Source: an uncultured bacterium
GTDB lineage: Bacteria > Abyssobacteria > SURF-5
DNA: 16,594 bases
Direction of reading: 5' to 3'
NCBI GenBank assembly: GCA_964607485.1
Contig: CAZSKP010000063.1
Coordinates: 1-16,594, forward strand
Program-made: the position numbers and the translations under genes
Part shown: one piece after another, positions 1-7,940 of the stretch
How the letters are laid out: the number at the start of each line of letters is the position of its first letter
Numbering within the stretch: position 1 is the first letter of the stretch
The notes under the pieces: model-generated
What the model was told of the DNA's origin: nothing
What the model saw: the letters and a program-made list of their open reading frames with translations, nothing else
Database searches by the model: none

Positions 1-326
1 AGATAGCCTACATCCCCTTCTACCTGATGACATCGAACGAGAGATATTCCTACAAAGACGAGGACCTCCTGGCGGAGTACTCGTCATCGCTCAGGCTCAT
101 CTCGGCCGACTTCAGCCCTGCCTGGATTCAAGACTGGCGCGTGTTCCGCGACGCGTACGCCCAGGCTATCTGCACGACCAATTTTTCGCAGGTGGTCCCC
201 GAGCAGAAATCCCCGTTCAAGGGACTTTATCTGATAGACTCCACCCAGCTCTACCCGTCCGACCGGACGATCAGCGGAATGATCGGGCTCGCGAAGAAGC
301 TGGCGGGCACAATTCGAGAGGAATGA
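1..326 (+). CDS. 3' end of a hypothetical protein (5'-truncated by the window)
   Basis: The frame is open from position 3 (IAYIPFYLMTSNERY...) to TGA at 324-326. The stop overlaps the next ATG (ATGA, 323-326), which indicates translational coupling. No family recognised. Confidence 0.7.
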   Translation, partial: IAYIPFYLMTSNERYSYKDEDLLAEYSSSLRLISADFSPAWIQDWRVFRDAYAQAICTTNFSQVVPEQKSPFKGLYLIDSTQLYPSDRTISGMIGLAKKLAGTIREE

Positions 327-1012
327 CCATGGCCCCGGAGAACCGCCCATCGCCCCTGAGCAACCTGCCGGCGATCTACCGGGAGAGGTTCGACGAACGC
401 GCCCTTGAGCAGAAGAACAGAGTGTGGAAAGTCATCTGCGAGGATTTCCTCCAGAAATTCATCGGGCCTTCCGACACGGTGCTCGACATGGGGGCGGGCA
501 CGTGCGAATTCATCAACAACATCAGGTGCGGCGGGAAGCTCGCGTACGATATCAATCCCGACATCGAAAGTCACGCGGCGGAAGGCGTCGGCGTGATAAG
601 AGCGGACGCGGGAACGTCGCTCGATTTGAAAGAGTCCAGCATCGACGTCGTGTTCGCGTCCAACTTCTTCGAGCACCTTCCCGACCGCCAGTGCGTGGTC
701 GATACGCTGGCCGAGACCAGACGCGTGCTCGTGCCGGACGGCAAGCTCATCATCATACAGCCGAACGTCAAATACCTCTACATGCAATACTGGGACTACT
801 TCGACCATCAAATCGCGCTGAGCGAAGAAAGCATGCGCGAGGCGCTCATCACATGCGGCTTCACGATAGAAATCCTCAAGGCGCGCTTCTTGCCCTATAC
901 CTTCCGAAGCCGCTATCCAAAAGGCAGATTCTTCGTGAAGACGTATCTGAAGTTTCCGGTAATTCAGCGCATTCTCGGCAAGCAGATGTTCATAGTGGCT
1001 CGCAAGCGCTGA
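323..1012 (+). CDS. Class I SAM-dependent methyltransferase
   Basis: Motif I VLDMGAGTCEF, acidic YDIN after strand 2, and SIDVVFASNFFEHL and RRVLVPDGKLII motifs. GAGAGGA lies just upstream of the ATG. Confidence 0.92.
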   Translation: MTMAPENRPSPLSNLPAIYRERFDERALEQKNRVWKVICEDFLQKFIGPSDTVLDMGAGTCEFINNIRCGGKLAYDINPDIESHAAEGVGVIRADAGTSLDLKESSIDVVFASNFFEHLPDRQCVVDTLAETRRVLVPDGKLIIIQPNVKYLYMQYWDYFDHQIALSEESMREALITCGFTIEILKARFLPYTFRSRYPKGRFFVKTYLKFPVIQRILGKQMFIVARKR

Positions 1013-1066
1013 GGCAGAATACGGGCCCGAACCTGCCGCCGATTGCCATCCGGCCGATGTTCGGCC

Positions 1067-1963
1067 CTATTCGGGCGACTCTGTCCCATCCCAGCGTTCT
1101 ACCACTACCGCCATGCCGGGCGCGGCGCCCGTCATCAGCGCGAGGCTCCCCCTGTTTACCGCCGCCTCCAGAAGTCCTCGATTGTTTAGAAACAGGGGGA
1201 CGCCCTCATCGACATCGCTGTATGTTCGCACATACCGGGCCTTGAACTCTTTCGTCCCGACCGTGAGCTTTGCGAAGGAGCCGAGGTGTAACCCTATCTC
1301 TTCGACCATGGGGATCGAAACATCCGTCAGCACGTTGCCGTACTCGTCAACGTGAACGACGTGTCCGAGCACCCTCCGGCCGACCTCCGTCGCCTTGCGC
1401 GCGGGAAGCTCGACCATGTGGGAGACCGTCGGGCCGACTTCTTCGAAGGGGACGCCTGCCGCCAGATGTCCGGCGACCGGACCGAATATGTCACGAGCAT
1501 GAAACGTGTTCGATATCTCGCCCGGATGCATGAGCGACCTGTTGGTCAGTTCGCGGACCTCGACAATCCCGGCCTCCTTCGCCGCCGGCCACAACAGCCC
1601 GTTGTCGGGACCGATGAATATCTTGCCGTTTCTCGTTTTCACGGCAATCCCCCTGCGGGATGAGCCCACGCCGGGGTCCACGACGCCGACGAAGATGGTG
1701 CCCGGCGGATACTCACGGGCCGCCTCGGCCAGCGTGTAGGCCCCTTCCTCGACGTCGAACTTGGGTATCTCATGCGTGATGGAGTCAATACGCGCCGACC
1801 GGTTGGCGCTGTAAATCGCCCCGTCCAGCGCGCCCACGTAGTGGTCCTTCCAGCCGAAATCGGTGAGCAGCACGACCAGCGGCTGCTCTCGCGCGGCAGG
1901 CCTCGCGACGGACGCGCATGCCGAGACAAAGAAAGCGAGGAAAATTGCAAGGTTTTTGGTCAC
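1067..1963 (-). CDS. DUF62 / SAM hydroxide adenosyltransferase (SAM-dependent chlorinase/fluorinase family) with predicted lipoprotein signal
   Basis: Motifs LLTDFG, VVDPGVGSSRR, FIGPDNG, TFHARDIFGP, HVDEYGNV and LEAAVNRG. Start reassigned from 2146 to GTG 1963 because GGAG/GGAGGT lie at 1968-1980 and a promoter lies at 2025-2053. N-terminus MTKNLAIFLAFFVSA-C. Confidence 0.92.
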   Translation of the reverse strand: MTKNLAIFLAFFVSACASVARPAAREQPLVVLLTDFGWKDHYVGALDGAIYSANRSARIDSITHEIPKFDVEEGAYTLAEAAREYPPGTIFVGVVDPGVGSSRRGIAVKTRNGKIFIGPDNGLLWPAAKEAGIVEVRELTNRSLMHPGEISNTFHARDIFGPVAGHLAAGVPFEEVGPTVSHMVELPARKATEVGRRVLGHVVHVDEYGNVLTDVSIPMVEEIGLHLGSFAKLTVGTKEFKARYVRTYSDVDEGVPLFLNNRGLLEAAVNRGSLALMTGAAPGMAVVVERWDGTESPE

Positions 1964-2024
1964 GACGCTCCGCGACCTCCAAAATTGTCCCTGACGAACA
2001 CACGCGGGTTTCTCTTGAAGAATA

Positions 2025-2053
2025 ATGCTACAACAACGACAAGTCGGTGTCAA
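2025..2053 (-). promoter_or_regulatory. Putative sigma70 promoter for the DUF62 gene
   Basis: The minus strand reads TTGACA-17 nt-TAGCAT in an AT-richer intergenic stretch. Confidence 0.65.
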
Positions 2054-2072
2054 GGTGAGGGCAAATACGAGG

Positions 2073-2101
2073 TTTACAAAAAAACACATTTCTGATAACA
2101 T
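2073..2101 (+). promoter_or_regulatory. Putative sigma70 promoter for the ADP-ribosylglycohydrolase gene
   Basis: TTTACA-17 nt-TAACAT with an extended -10 TGn (TGA TAACAT). Confidence 0.6.
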
Positions 2102-2138
2102 GCCAGCGAGGCGGCGTTTTTGGGAAGAAACCCGAGAA

Positions 2139-3116
2139 ATGGACATGCTGCGTCAGAGGTTTCTGGGCTCGATAGTGGGCTGCGCGGTCGGCGATGCGCT
2201 GGGCGCCCCGTTCGAGGGCGCGCTGTCCTCTGCGATCCGACTGAGCCCGGACGAGCACATCCGGTTCCGAAAGATCCGCGGCTATCCCCTGGGGCAATAC
2301 ACCGACGACACCCAACTGACGCTCGCTACAATCAGAGCTATCTGCCGCGCCAAGCGAGTGGACGGCGCCGAGATCGCCCGCGAGTTTGTCGCGCTCTGGC
2401 AAACGGGAGAGATAGTCAGCCCCGGAATGAGTTGCAGCGATGCGGTTCACAACATGGTGGCTCGAGGCATGAGCTGGGAGGACGCAGGCACCCCCGAGGG
2501 ACGCGCGGGCAACGGCACCGCCATGCGCGCCGCGCCCATCGGGCTCTGGAACCACGCCCATCCGGGACAAATCGAACGCGACGCCGCGACATCGAGCATC
2601 GTCACGCACAAAGACTCCCGCTCCGTCGCGGGCACGATCGCGGTCGCCAAGGCGGTCCAGTTGTGCGTGAATTCCGAGGCTGTCGCGCCGCTTGAGTTCC
2701 TCCGAGACATCTCGGACAGCGTCCGAGAAACGAGCGCACTTTTCGCTCGGAGCGTCGATGAGCTCATCGAATGGCACAGCCTGGAACCCATGGAGGCGCT
2801 TCCGCTCATCTATGCGGCGGGAAGCCCGGACATCGGCCCGAGCCGGCCCGGCTGGGTGACGCCATACGTGATACCGACGGTCCTTTGCTCATTGTATTTC
2901 TTTCTCAGGACGCCTCGAAGCTTTATCGAAAGCGTCACGGGCGCGATAAACGCCGGCGGCGACACCGACACCGTGGGCGCAATCACGGGAGCGATCAGCG
3001 GCGCGTTCAACGGAATCTCCTCAATCCCGCGCGGTCTGGTCGAAGACCTCAAAGACTCGACGGACATCATCGCGCTCGCGGAAGAATTCTACTCAGCCGC
3101 CGTCTCGCGAAATTGA
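2139..3116 (+). CDS. ADP-ribosylglycohydrolase family protein (DraG/ARH-like)
   Basis: Motifs GCAVGDALGAPFE, YTDDTQLT, GNGTAMRAAP, a TH motif and GGDTDTVGAITGAISGA (metal-binding Asp/Thr). Start is probably ATG 2139 (or 2145); the 2025 start would run through the promoters. Confidence 0.93.
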   Translation: MDMLRQRFLGSIVGCAVGDALGAPFEGALSSAIRLSPDEHIRFRKIRGYPLGQYTDDTQLTLATIRAICRAKRVDGAEIAREFVALWQTGEIVSPGMSCSDAVHNMVARGMSWEDAGTPEGRAGNGTAMRAAPIGLWNHAHPGQIERDAATSSIVTHKDSRSVAGTIAVAKAVQLCVNSEAVAPLEFLRDISDSVRETSALFARSVDELIEWHSLEPMEALPLIYAAGSPDIGPSRPGWVTPYVIPTVLCSLYFFLRTPRSFIESVTGAINAGGDTDTVGAITGAISGAFNGISSIPRGLVEDLKDSTDIIALAEEFYSAAVSRN

Positions 3117-3176
3117 GTTTTTTGCCGACCCTCCATCGGTCAGGCTTGCAGGGGACGAACCACAGGGAAAGCCACA

Positions 3177-5468
3177 GTGGAACACTATCACTCAATATCG
3201 CTCGAAGGCAGCGACTGGCGGGTCGGGTATAAGAAGATATACGACGGCTCCGCGTCGGGAACGATAGCGGAAGTGGGCAAGATGACCGAATGGTTCGACG
3301 CGACGGTGCCGGGCAATGTCAGATCCGACCTGATGGCCGCCAACAGGCTGCCCAACCTGTTCCTTGACTCGAACAACGAGCGCGCCAAATGGGTCAACGA
3401 CTGCGTGTGGTGGTACGAAAAAAAGTTCGAACGGCCCGCGCGAAGATTCAAGCGCTTCTTCCTCGAACTTCGGGGGATAGACTACCGCAGCCAGGTGTAT
3501 TTCAACCAGCGCAAGCTCGGCCAGAACGAAGGAATGTTCACGCGCCACCTCTACGATGTGTCGTCGCTCGTGAAGAGTACGAACGTCGTCAACGTGAGAA
3601 TCATGGGCTCCGCCTTCCTGCCGAAGCCTTCGCTCACCCCCTGGCAGCGCGTCTGGGGAAGAATCGCGTCGCCCCTGCAGAACGACATGGAGGTATTCCC
3701 CGAGCGGACGGCCACACTGAAGTGCCAGATGGGGTTCGGATGGGATTTCGCGCCCGACATGCGCACGATGGGCATCTGGGACGAGGTCAAACTCATCGGC
3801 AGCGGGAACGTGTTCATAGGAGACATCCAGGTGAAGACGGGCGTGTTCCGCGAGCTTGACAGCGCAAAGCTGCAGATAAAGCTCCATCTCAACTCCATCG
3901 TCGCCGCCCCTCTGAAGATCCAGATTCGACTCCGCCCGGCCAACTTCGACGGACCCACCCAGAACTTCAACTTCAACGCCTTCGTGAAGAGGGGAACCGA
4001 GATAATCGAGCGAAACATCGTGCTGGAGAAGCCGCAGTTGTGGAACCCGTGGGACAGGGGCGAGCCGAACCTGTACGAGCTGACCGTGAGGCTCTACGAC
4101 GCAGACAAGCTCTCCGACCGCGTGACCGGCCTCATCGGACTGAGAGACATCCAGATGGCGCAAAACCTTCGCACGTCCGGGGGAAAGTCGGACTGGACGT
4201 TCGTCGTGAACGGAGAGCCCGAGTTCATCCGGGGCGCAAACTGGGTGCCGGTCGATTCCCTCATGGGCCGCGTGCGCGAGGAAGATTACGTCGAACTGAT
4301 ACGCATGGCGAAGAAGGCGAACGTAAACATGTTCCGCGTTTGGGGAGGCGGGCTGCGTGAGAAAAGATATTTCTACGAAATCTGTTCGCGCGAGGGGATT
4401 CTCGTGTGGCAGGAGTTCCCGTTCGCGTGCGTCTTTCTCGGCCGTCTCCCGACGAACGAGCCGTTCCTGAGGCTGGCGGAGAAGGAGGTCGCCTCCATCG
4501 TCAAGTCGGTGATGAACTATCCCTGTGTCGCTCTGTACTGCGGCGGGAACGAGTTCAGCCCCCGCCGGAACTCGAAGCTGCTCACGAGGATGGCGCAGAC
4601 GGTTCGTGGCATCGACGACAGCCGTCCTTTCCTCCCCGCCTCACCCGGACGGGGGGACCATCATAACTGGTTCATATGGCATGGCTTCGGAAACATCAGG
4701 GATTATCGCAAAGACAACTCCCCGTTCGCAAGCGAGTTCGGCTTGCAGGCCGTGCCCTCGGAGGAGTCGCTCAAGCGGTTCTTGAGCAGGCGGGCGCTGT
4801 GGCCGATGGGAGCCGAATGGGAATACCACAAGGTCGATGCGAAAAAGCTCCAGCGCTACGTCGGCCCGCTGGAGAATTATTCCCGACCGGAGTATCTTGC
4901 CGAGGCCAGCCAGAAAATGCAGGCATTCGCGCTCCAGACGGCCATCGAGCACTATCGAAGGCGCAAATACGAATGCAGCGGGACCATCTTCTGGCAGTTC
5001 AACGAGCCGTGGCCGGCAATAAGCTGGAGCATTATCGACTACTACAGGAATCCGAAGCTGGCGTACCAGAAATTGAAGGAGATATACAATCCCGTTCTGA
5101 TCAGCCTCAAGTACGAACTGGAACCGCATGCGGCGGGAGAAATTGTGCCGATCGAAGTATGGATTGTGAACGACCTGCTCCGGTCCGTGGACGATTGCAG
5201 GCTGGACATCTACATGGAGGAAGAGGGCGAGCGCTTCATGAACCTCAGCTTCGATGTGGGAACGCTTCCTCCCGACTCATCCAGGCCGTACCTCAACTTC
5301 GGGCTCAAGCTGCCCGACCGCCCCAACTGGCTGCTGCGGGCACGCCTGCGTTCGGGCAAGGAGACTCTGAGCACCAACAGCTACGACCTGAACTTGTGCG
5401 ACATGGGCGAGGCCACCACATGGAACCGCATATATGATCGCATGGGCAAGTGGGTGATCTCGCGATGA
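3177..5468 (+). CDS. Glycoside hydrolase family 2, beta-mannosidase-like, no signal peptide
   Basis: Motifs ATVPG, GIDY, KCQMGFGWDF, LWNPWDRGEPNLY, IRGANWVP, NMFRVWGGG, WQEFPFAC, GGNE (acid/base), SEFG (nucleophile) and WQFNEPWP. Confidence 0.9.
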   Translation: MEHYHSISLEGSDWRVGYKKIYDGSASGTIAEVGKMTEWFDATVPGNVRSDLMAANRLPNLFLDSNNERAKWVNDCVWWYEKKFERPARRFKRFFLELRGIDYRSQVYFNQRKLGQNEGMFTRHLYDVSSLVKSTNVVNVRIMGSAFLPKPSLTPWQRVWGRIASPLQNDMEVFPERTATLKCQMGFGWDFAPDMRTMGIWDEVKLIGSGNVFIGDIQVKTGVFRELDSAKLQIKLHLNSIVAAPLKIQIRLRPANFDGPTQNFNFNAFVKRGTEIIERNIVLEKPQLWNPWDRGEPNLYELTVRLYDADKLSDRVTGLIGLRDIQMAQNLRTSGGKSDWTFVVNGEPEFIRGANWVPVDSLMGRVREEDYVELIRMAKKANVNMFRVWGGGLREKRYFYEICSREGILVWQEFPFACVFLGRLPTNEPFLRLAEKEVASIVKSVMNYPCVALYCGGNEFSPRRNSKLLTRMAQTVRGIDDSRPFLPASPGRGDHHNWFIWHGFGNIRDYRKDNSPFASEFGLQAVPSEESLKRFLSRRALWPMGAEWEYHKVDAKKLQRYVGPLENYSRPEYLAEASQKMQAFALQTAIEHYRRRKYECSGTIFWQFNEPWPAISWSIIDYYRNPKLAYQKLKEIYNPVLISLKYELEPHAAGEIVPIEVWIVNDLLRSVDDCRLDIYMEEEGERFMNLSFDVGTLPPDSSRPYLNFGLKLPDRPNWLLRARLRSGKETLSTNSYDLNLCDMGEATTWNRIYDRMGKWVISR

Positions 5469-5546
5469 GGAGGGGGTTGACATCGAAGTCCGTCCGCTCG
5501 ACTCTCCGAGCGCTTCCTCTGAAAGATGAACATTGGAGACCGACAG

Positions 5547-7940
5547 ATGTCCGATACCGGCGCTTCTCCCGTTGAGGGGAAGCCGGCGTTCCGCGCCGTC
5601 CAGGCCCGCCCCGGCAGCCAACTCGCCGTCCTCCTTGCACTCTGCGTGATCTTTTTCTGGCGCGTCCTGTTCTCAGCGAGCGCGAAGATCATAGCGGGAT
5701 ACGACATCCTCGTCTATCACTACTATGCGCGCGCCTTCACGCGCGAGTCGATGCTCAGAGGCCTGCTGCCCAAGTGGAATCCGTACGAGTACGCGGGGAT
5801 GCCGTTTGCGGCCGACCCGGGAAACTGCGTCTTCTATCCGCTCAACAAATTCTTCCTCCTGATGCCCGTGTCGAAGGCCATCAGCCTGAACATGGCGCTG
5901 CACGTGTTTCTCGCGGGGGCGGGCACGCTTTTGTTCGCCAGGGCCATCGGACTGAAGCGCGGCGGCAGCTTGATCGCCGCCATCGCGTTCATGTTCAGCG
6001 GCTACTACATCGACAGGATCGCCGCCGGCCATGAGATACTGGTCATGTGCTCCGCATATCTGCCGTGGATATTCCTTTGCTACGAGCTGTCCTCGCAGAG
6101 CGGAAAAGTCGGTTGGAGTCTCCTGGGAGGCCTGTTCGTGGGACTCCAGGTGCTGACCGGCGCATCGCAGCCGGTTCTCTACACGGCGATATTCGTGTTC
6201 ATATACGCGGTGGCAAAGAACATTCAGATGAATCCGGGCTCGCGATTCACGCTGCTGGGACGCGACCTCGGATACCTCGTGCTGATGGGGGGCGTGGGCA
6301 TCGGGCTTTCCGCCGTTCAGTTGCTCCCGTCGGTCGAGCTCGTTCTCCACAGCGTGCGCGCGCAGACGAGCATCGAGTTCGTCGGCTCGTACTCGTTTCC
6401 CCCGAGAAATTTCATCCATTTCCTGCTTCCGTACCTGGACGTCGGAAAGGCGATCGCCAATTGGGAGTTTAGCTGCTATGTCGGCATCCTGCCGCTTGCG
6501 CTCGCGCTGGCCATGCTGCCTTCGCTCAAAGGCCGGCGGGCTCGTGCGCTCGGGGCGGTCGGCCTCGTCGCCGTGTTGATAATGCTCGGAAGGCACACGC
6601 CCGTCTTCCCGGCTCTGATGCGAATCATCCCCGGCCTGAAGCTGTTTCGGATTCACGCGAGGGCGGAGGTGGGCCTCATACTCGTGCTCGCGCTCTGGGC
6701 GGGAATGGGCTGGGAAAAAATTTTCAACAATCCGCTCGATGCCACCGTGAAAATCCGAAGGAATCTGGCGGTTGCAGCCGGACTGTTTGCCGCGGCCGTC
6801 TGCGTCGTGGCGGTTCTCTTCTTACTTAAGAAAACGGCCTTGAGCTTCCAGACGCCCTCGCCCAGCCACGTGTTCGGCTTCCTCGTTGATAAGGGCGGTC
6901 CGGTAACTTCCCTGTGGCATCCGCGAATCTTCCTGCCGATGTCGGCCGTGTTTATCACATTCGTCGCCGCGCTCCTCCTTCTCAGAAGGTGCGATACCGG
7001 CATGAAGCGCCTGCTCGCCGGGCTCATCATCGTCGATTTGCTTGTCATGAGCACGGGGAGGATACGGCTTGTCGATACGAGCTACGTGAGCGGCAACGAC
7101 GAGCTCGTGGAATCGGTCGAGCGCGACGAGGGAGCCGAGTATTTCAGGGTGTGGTTCCCGCTGAAGGTCTTTTTCGGAAGCCGCGCGAAGTTTTTCGGAA
7201 TCTTCGACGTAAACGGGCACAACGCGCTCGGGCTCACGCTTTTCGAAGATTACCTGGAATCCCTGTCGGGCATCAGCCCGGTCAGAACACTCCCCTACTA
7301 CGAGATGGACCGGCGCCTTTTCGAGCGGGAAAGAATCTTCGTCGATAATATTTTGAACGTCAAGTATTTCTCCGTTGAGCGCGAGGGGAATGAGCCCGTC
7401 TTCTACCGCGCCGACTCCTTCTTTCCCCGTGCGCTGTTTGTGTCCGATTACGTTATCGGCTCGCCCAGGGATTTCTTTACCTCGGGAATAGACCCTGAGA
7501 CCACCGTTTTCCTGCACGAGAAGCCGCCTCCGGGATACCATCCGGGCGAGAGCGAAAACGCAGCGAACGCGCGCGTGAAGATCGATTCTTACCGGAACGA
7601 CGAGATCGACCTGTCGGTCGATGCGCCCGCCGACGGTTTCCTGGTGCTGAGCGAGGTGTACTATCCGGGCTGGCGGGCCGAGGTGGACGGAGCGGCCACG
7701 AAAGTTCTGCGAGGCGATTTTCTCTTGAGGGTCGTGCCGGTGAGGAGCGGAAAGCACAAGGTGAGATTGTTCTTCGCTCCGCTGTCGCTCCTGCTTGGTA
7801 AACTCATCAGCGCCGCAACCATCGCGGCGGTTGTGTGCGCGCTCCTGTATTTACGCGTTCGGTCGAGGCGCATTGCCGCCGCGGGCGCGCCTGCGTCGGA
7901 CGACCACATCGATAGCGCCGACCCCGACACACAGGGCTAA
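5547..7940 (+). CDS. YfhO-family polytopic membrane protein (putative GT-C glycosyltransferase), paralog 1
   Basis: Many hydrophobic helices, WNPYEYAGMPFAAD...FYP, AVQLLP, and the C-terminal DGFLVLSEVYYPGWRAEVDG followed by a last TM helix. ATG 5547 has GGAG at 5535-5538; the alternative start is 5526. Confidence 0.85.
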   Translation: MSDTGASPVEGKPAFRAVQARPGSQLAVLLALCVIFFWRVLFSASAKIIAGYDILVYHYYARAFTRESMLRGLLPKWNPYEYAGMPFAADPGNCVFYPLNKFFLLMPVSKAISLNMALHVFLAGAGTLLFARAIGLKRGGSLIAAIAFMFSGYYIDRIAAGHEILVMCSAYLPWIFLCYELSSQSGKVGWSLLGGLFVGLQVLTGASQPVLYTAIFVFIYAVAKNIQMNPGSRFTLLGRDLGYLVLMGGVGIGLSAVQLLPSVELVLHSVRAQTSIEFVGSYSFPPRNFIHFLLPYLDVGKAIANWEFSCYVGILPLALALAMLPSLKGRRARALGAVGLVAVLIMLGRHTPVFPALMRIIPGLKLFRIHARAEVGLILVLALWAGMGWEKIFNNPLDATVKIRRNLAVAAGLFAAAVCVVAVLFLLKKTALSFQTPSPSHVFGFLVDKGGPVTSLWHPRIFLPMSAVFITFVAALLLLRRCDTGMKRLLAGLIIVDLLVMSTGRIRLVDTSYVSGNDELVESVERDEGAEYFRVWFPLKVFFGSRAKFFGIFDVNGHNALGLTLFEDYLESLSGISPVRTLPYYEMDRRLFERERIFVDNILNVKYFSVEREGNEPVFYRADSFFPRALFVSDYVIGSPRDFFTSGIDPETTVFLHEKPPPGYHPGESENAANARVKIDSYRNDEIDLSVDAPADGFLVLSEVYYPGWRAEVDGAATKVLRGDFLLRVVPVRSGKHKVRLFFAPLSLLLGKLISAATIAAVVCALLYLRVRSRRIAAAGAPASDDHIDSADPDTQG

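Noticed and set aside
1013..1066. GC-rich inverted repeats between the convergent methyltransferase and DUF62 genes
   Set aside because: The stems are short or imperfect (GGCCGA-tgt-TCGGCC) with no U-tract, and are likely by chance at this GC content.
1067..1963. Calling the DUF62 protein a fluorinase or chlorinase
   Set aside because: It has His in TFHARD plus the Asp/Arg pair typical of SAM hydrolases, whereas the halogenases have Tyr at that position. No halometabolite gene cluster is nearby.
1964..2146. ORF-track N-terminal extensions (DUF62 from 2146, ARH from 2025)
   Set aside because: They would overlap head-to-head across two good promoter matches, and family-like sequence begins only at the downstream starts.
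2139..3116. draG / nitrogenase regulation
   Set aside because: No draT or nif genes are in the window; only family-level ARH motifs are supported.
3117..3148. Hairpin GCCGACC...GGTCAGGC with an adjacent T-run as a terminator
   Set aside because: The T-run precedes the stem on the plus strand and reads as an A-run after it on the minus strand, which is the wrong geometry.
5477..5505. TTGACA upstream of YfhO paralog 1 as a promoter
   Set aside because: The -35 is perfect, but the correctly spaced -10 (GACTCT) is poor. Not enough support.
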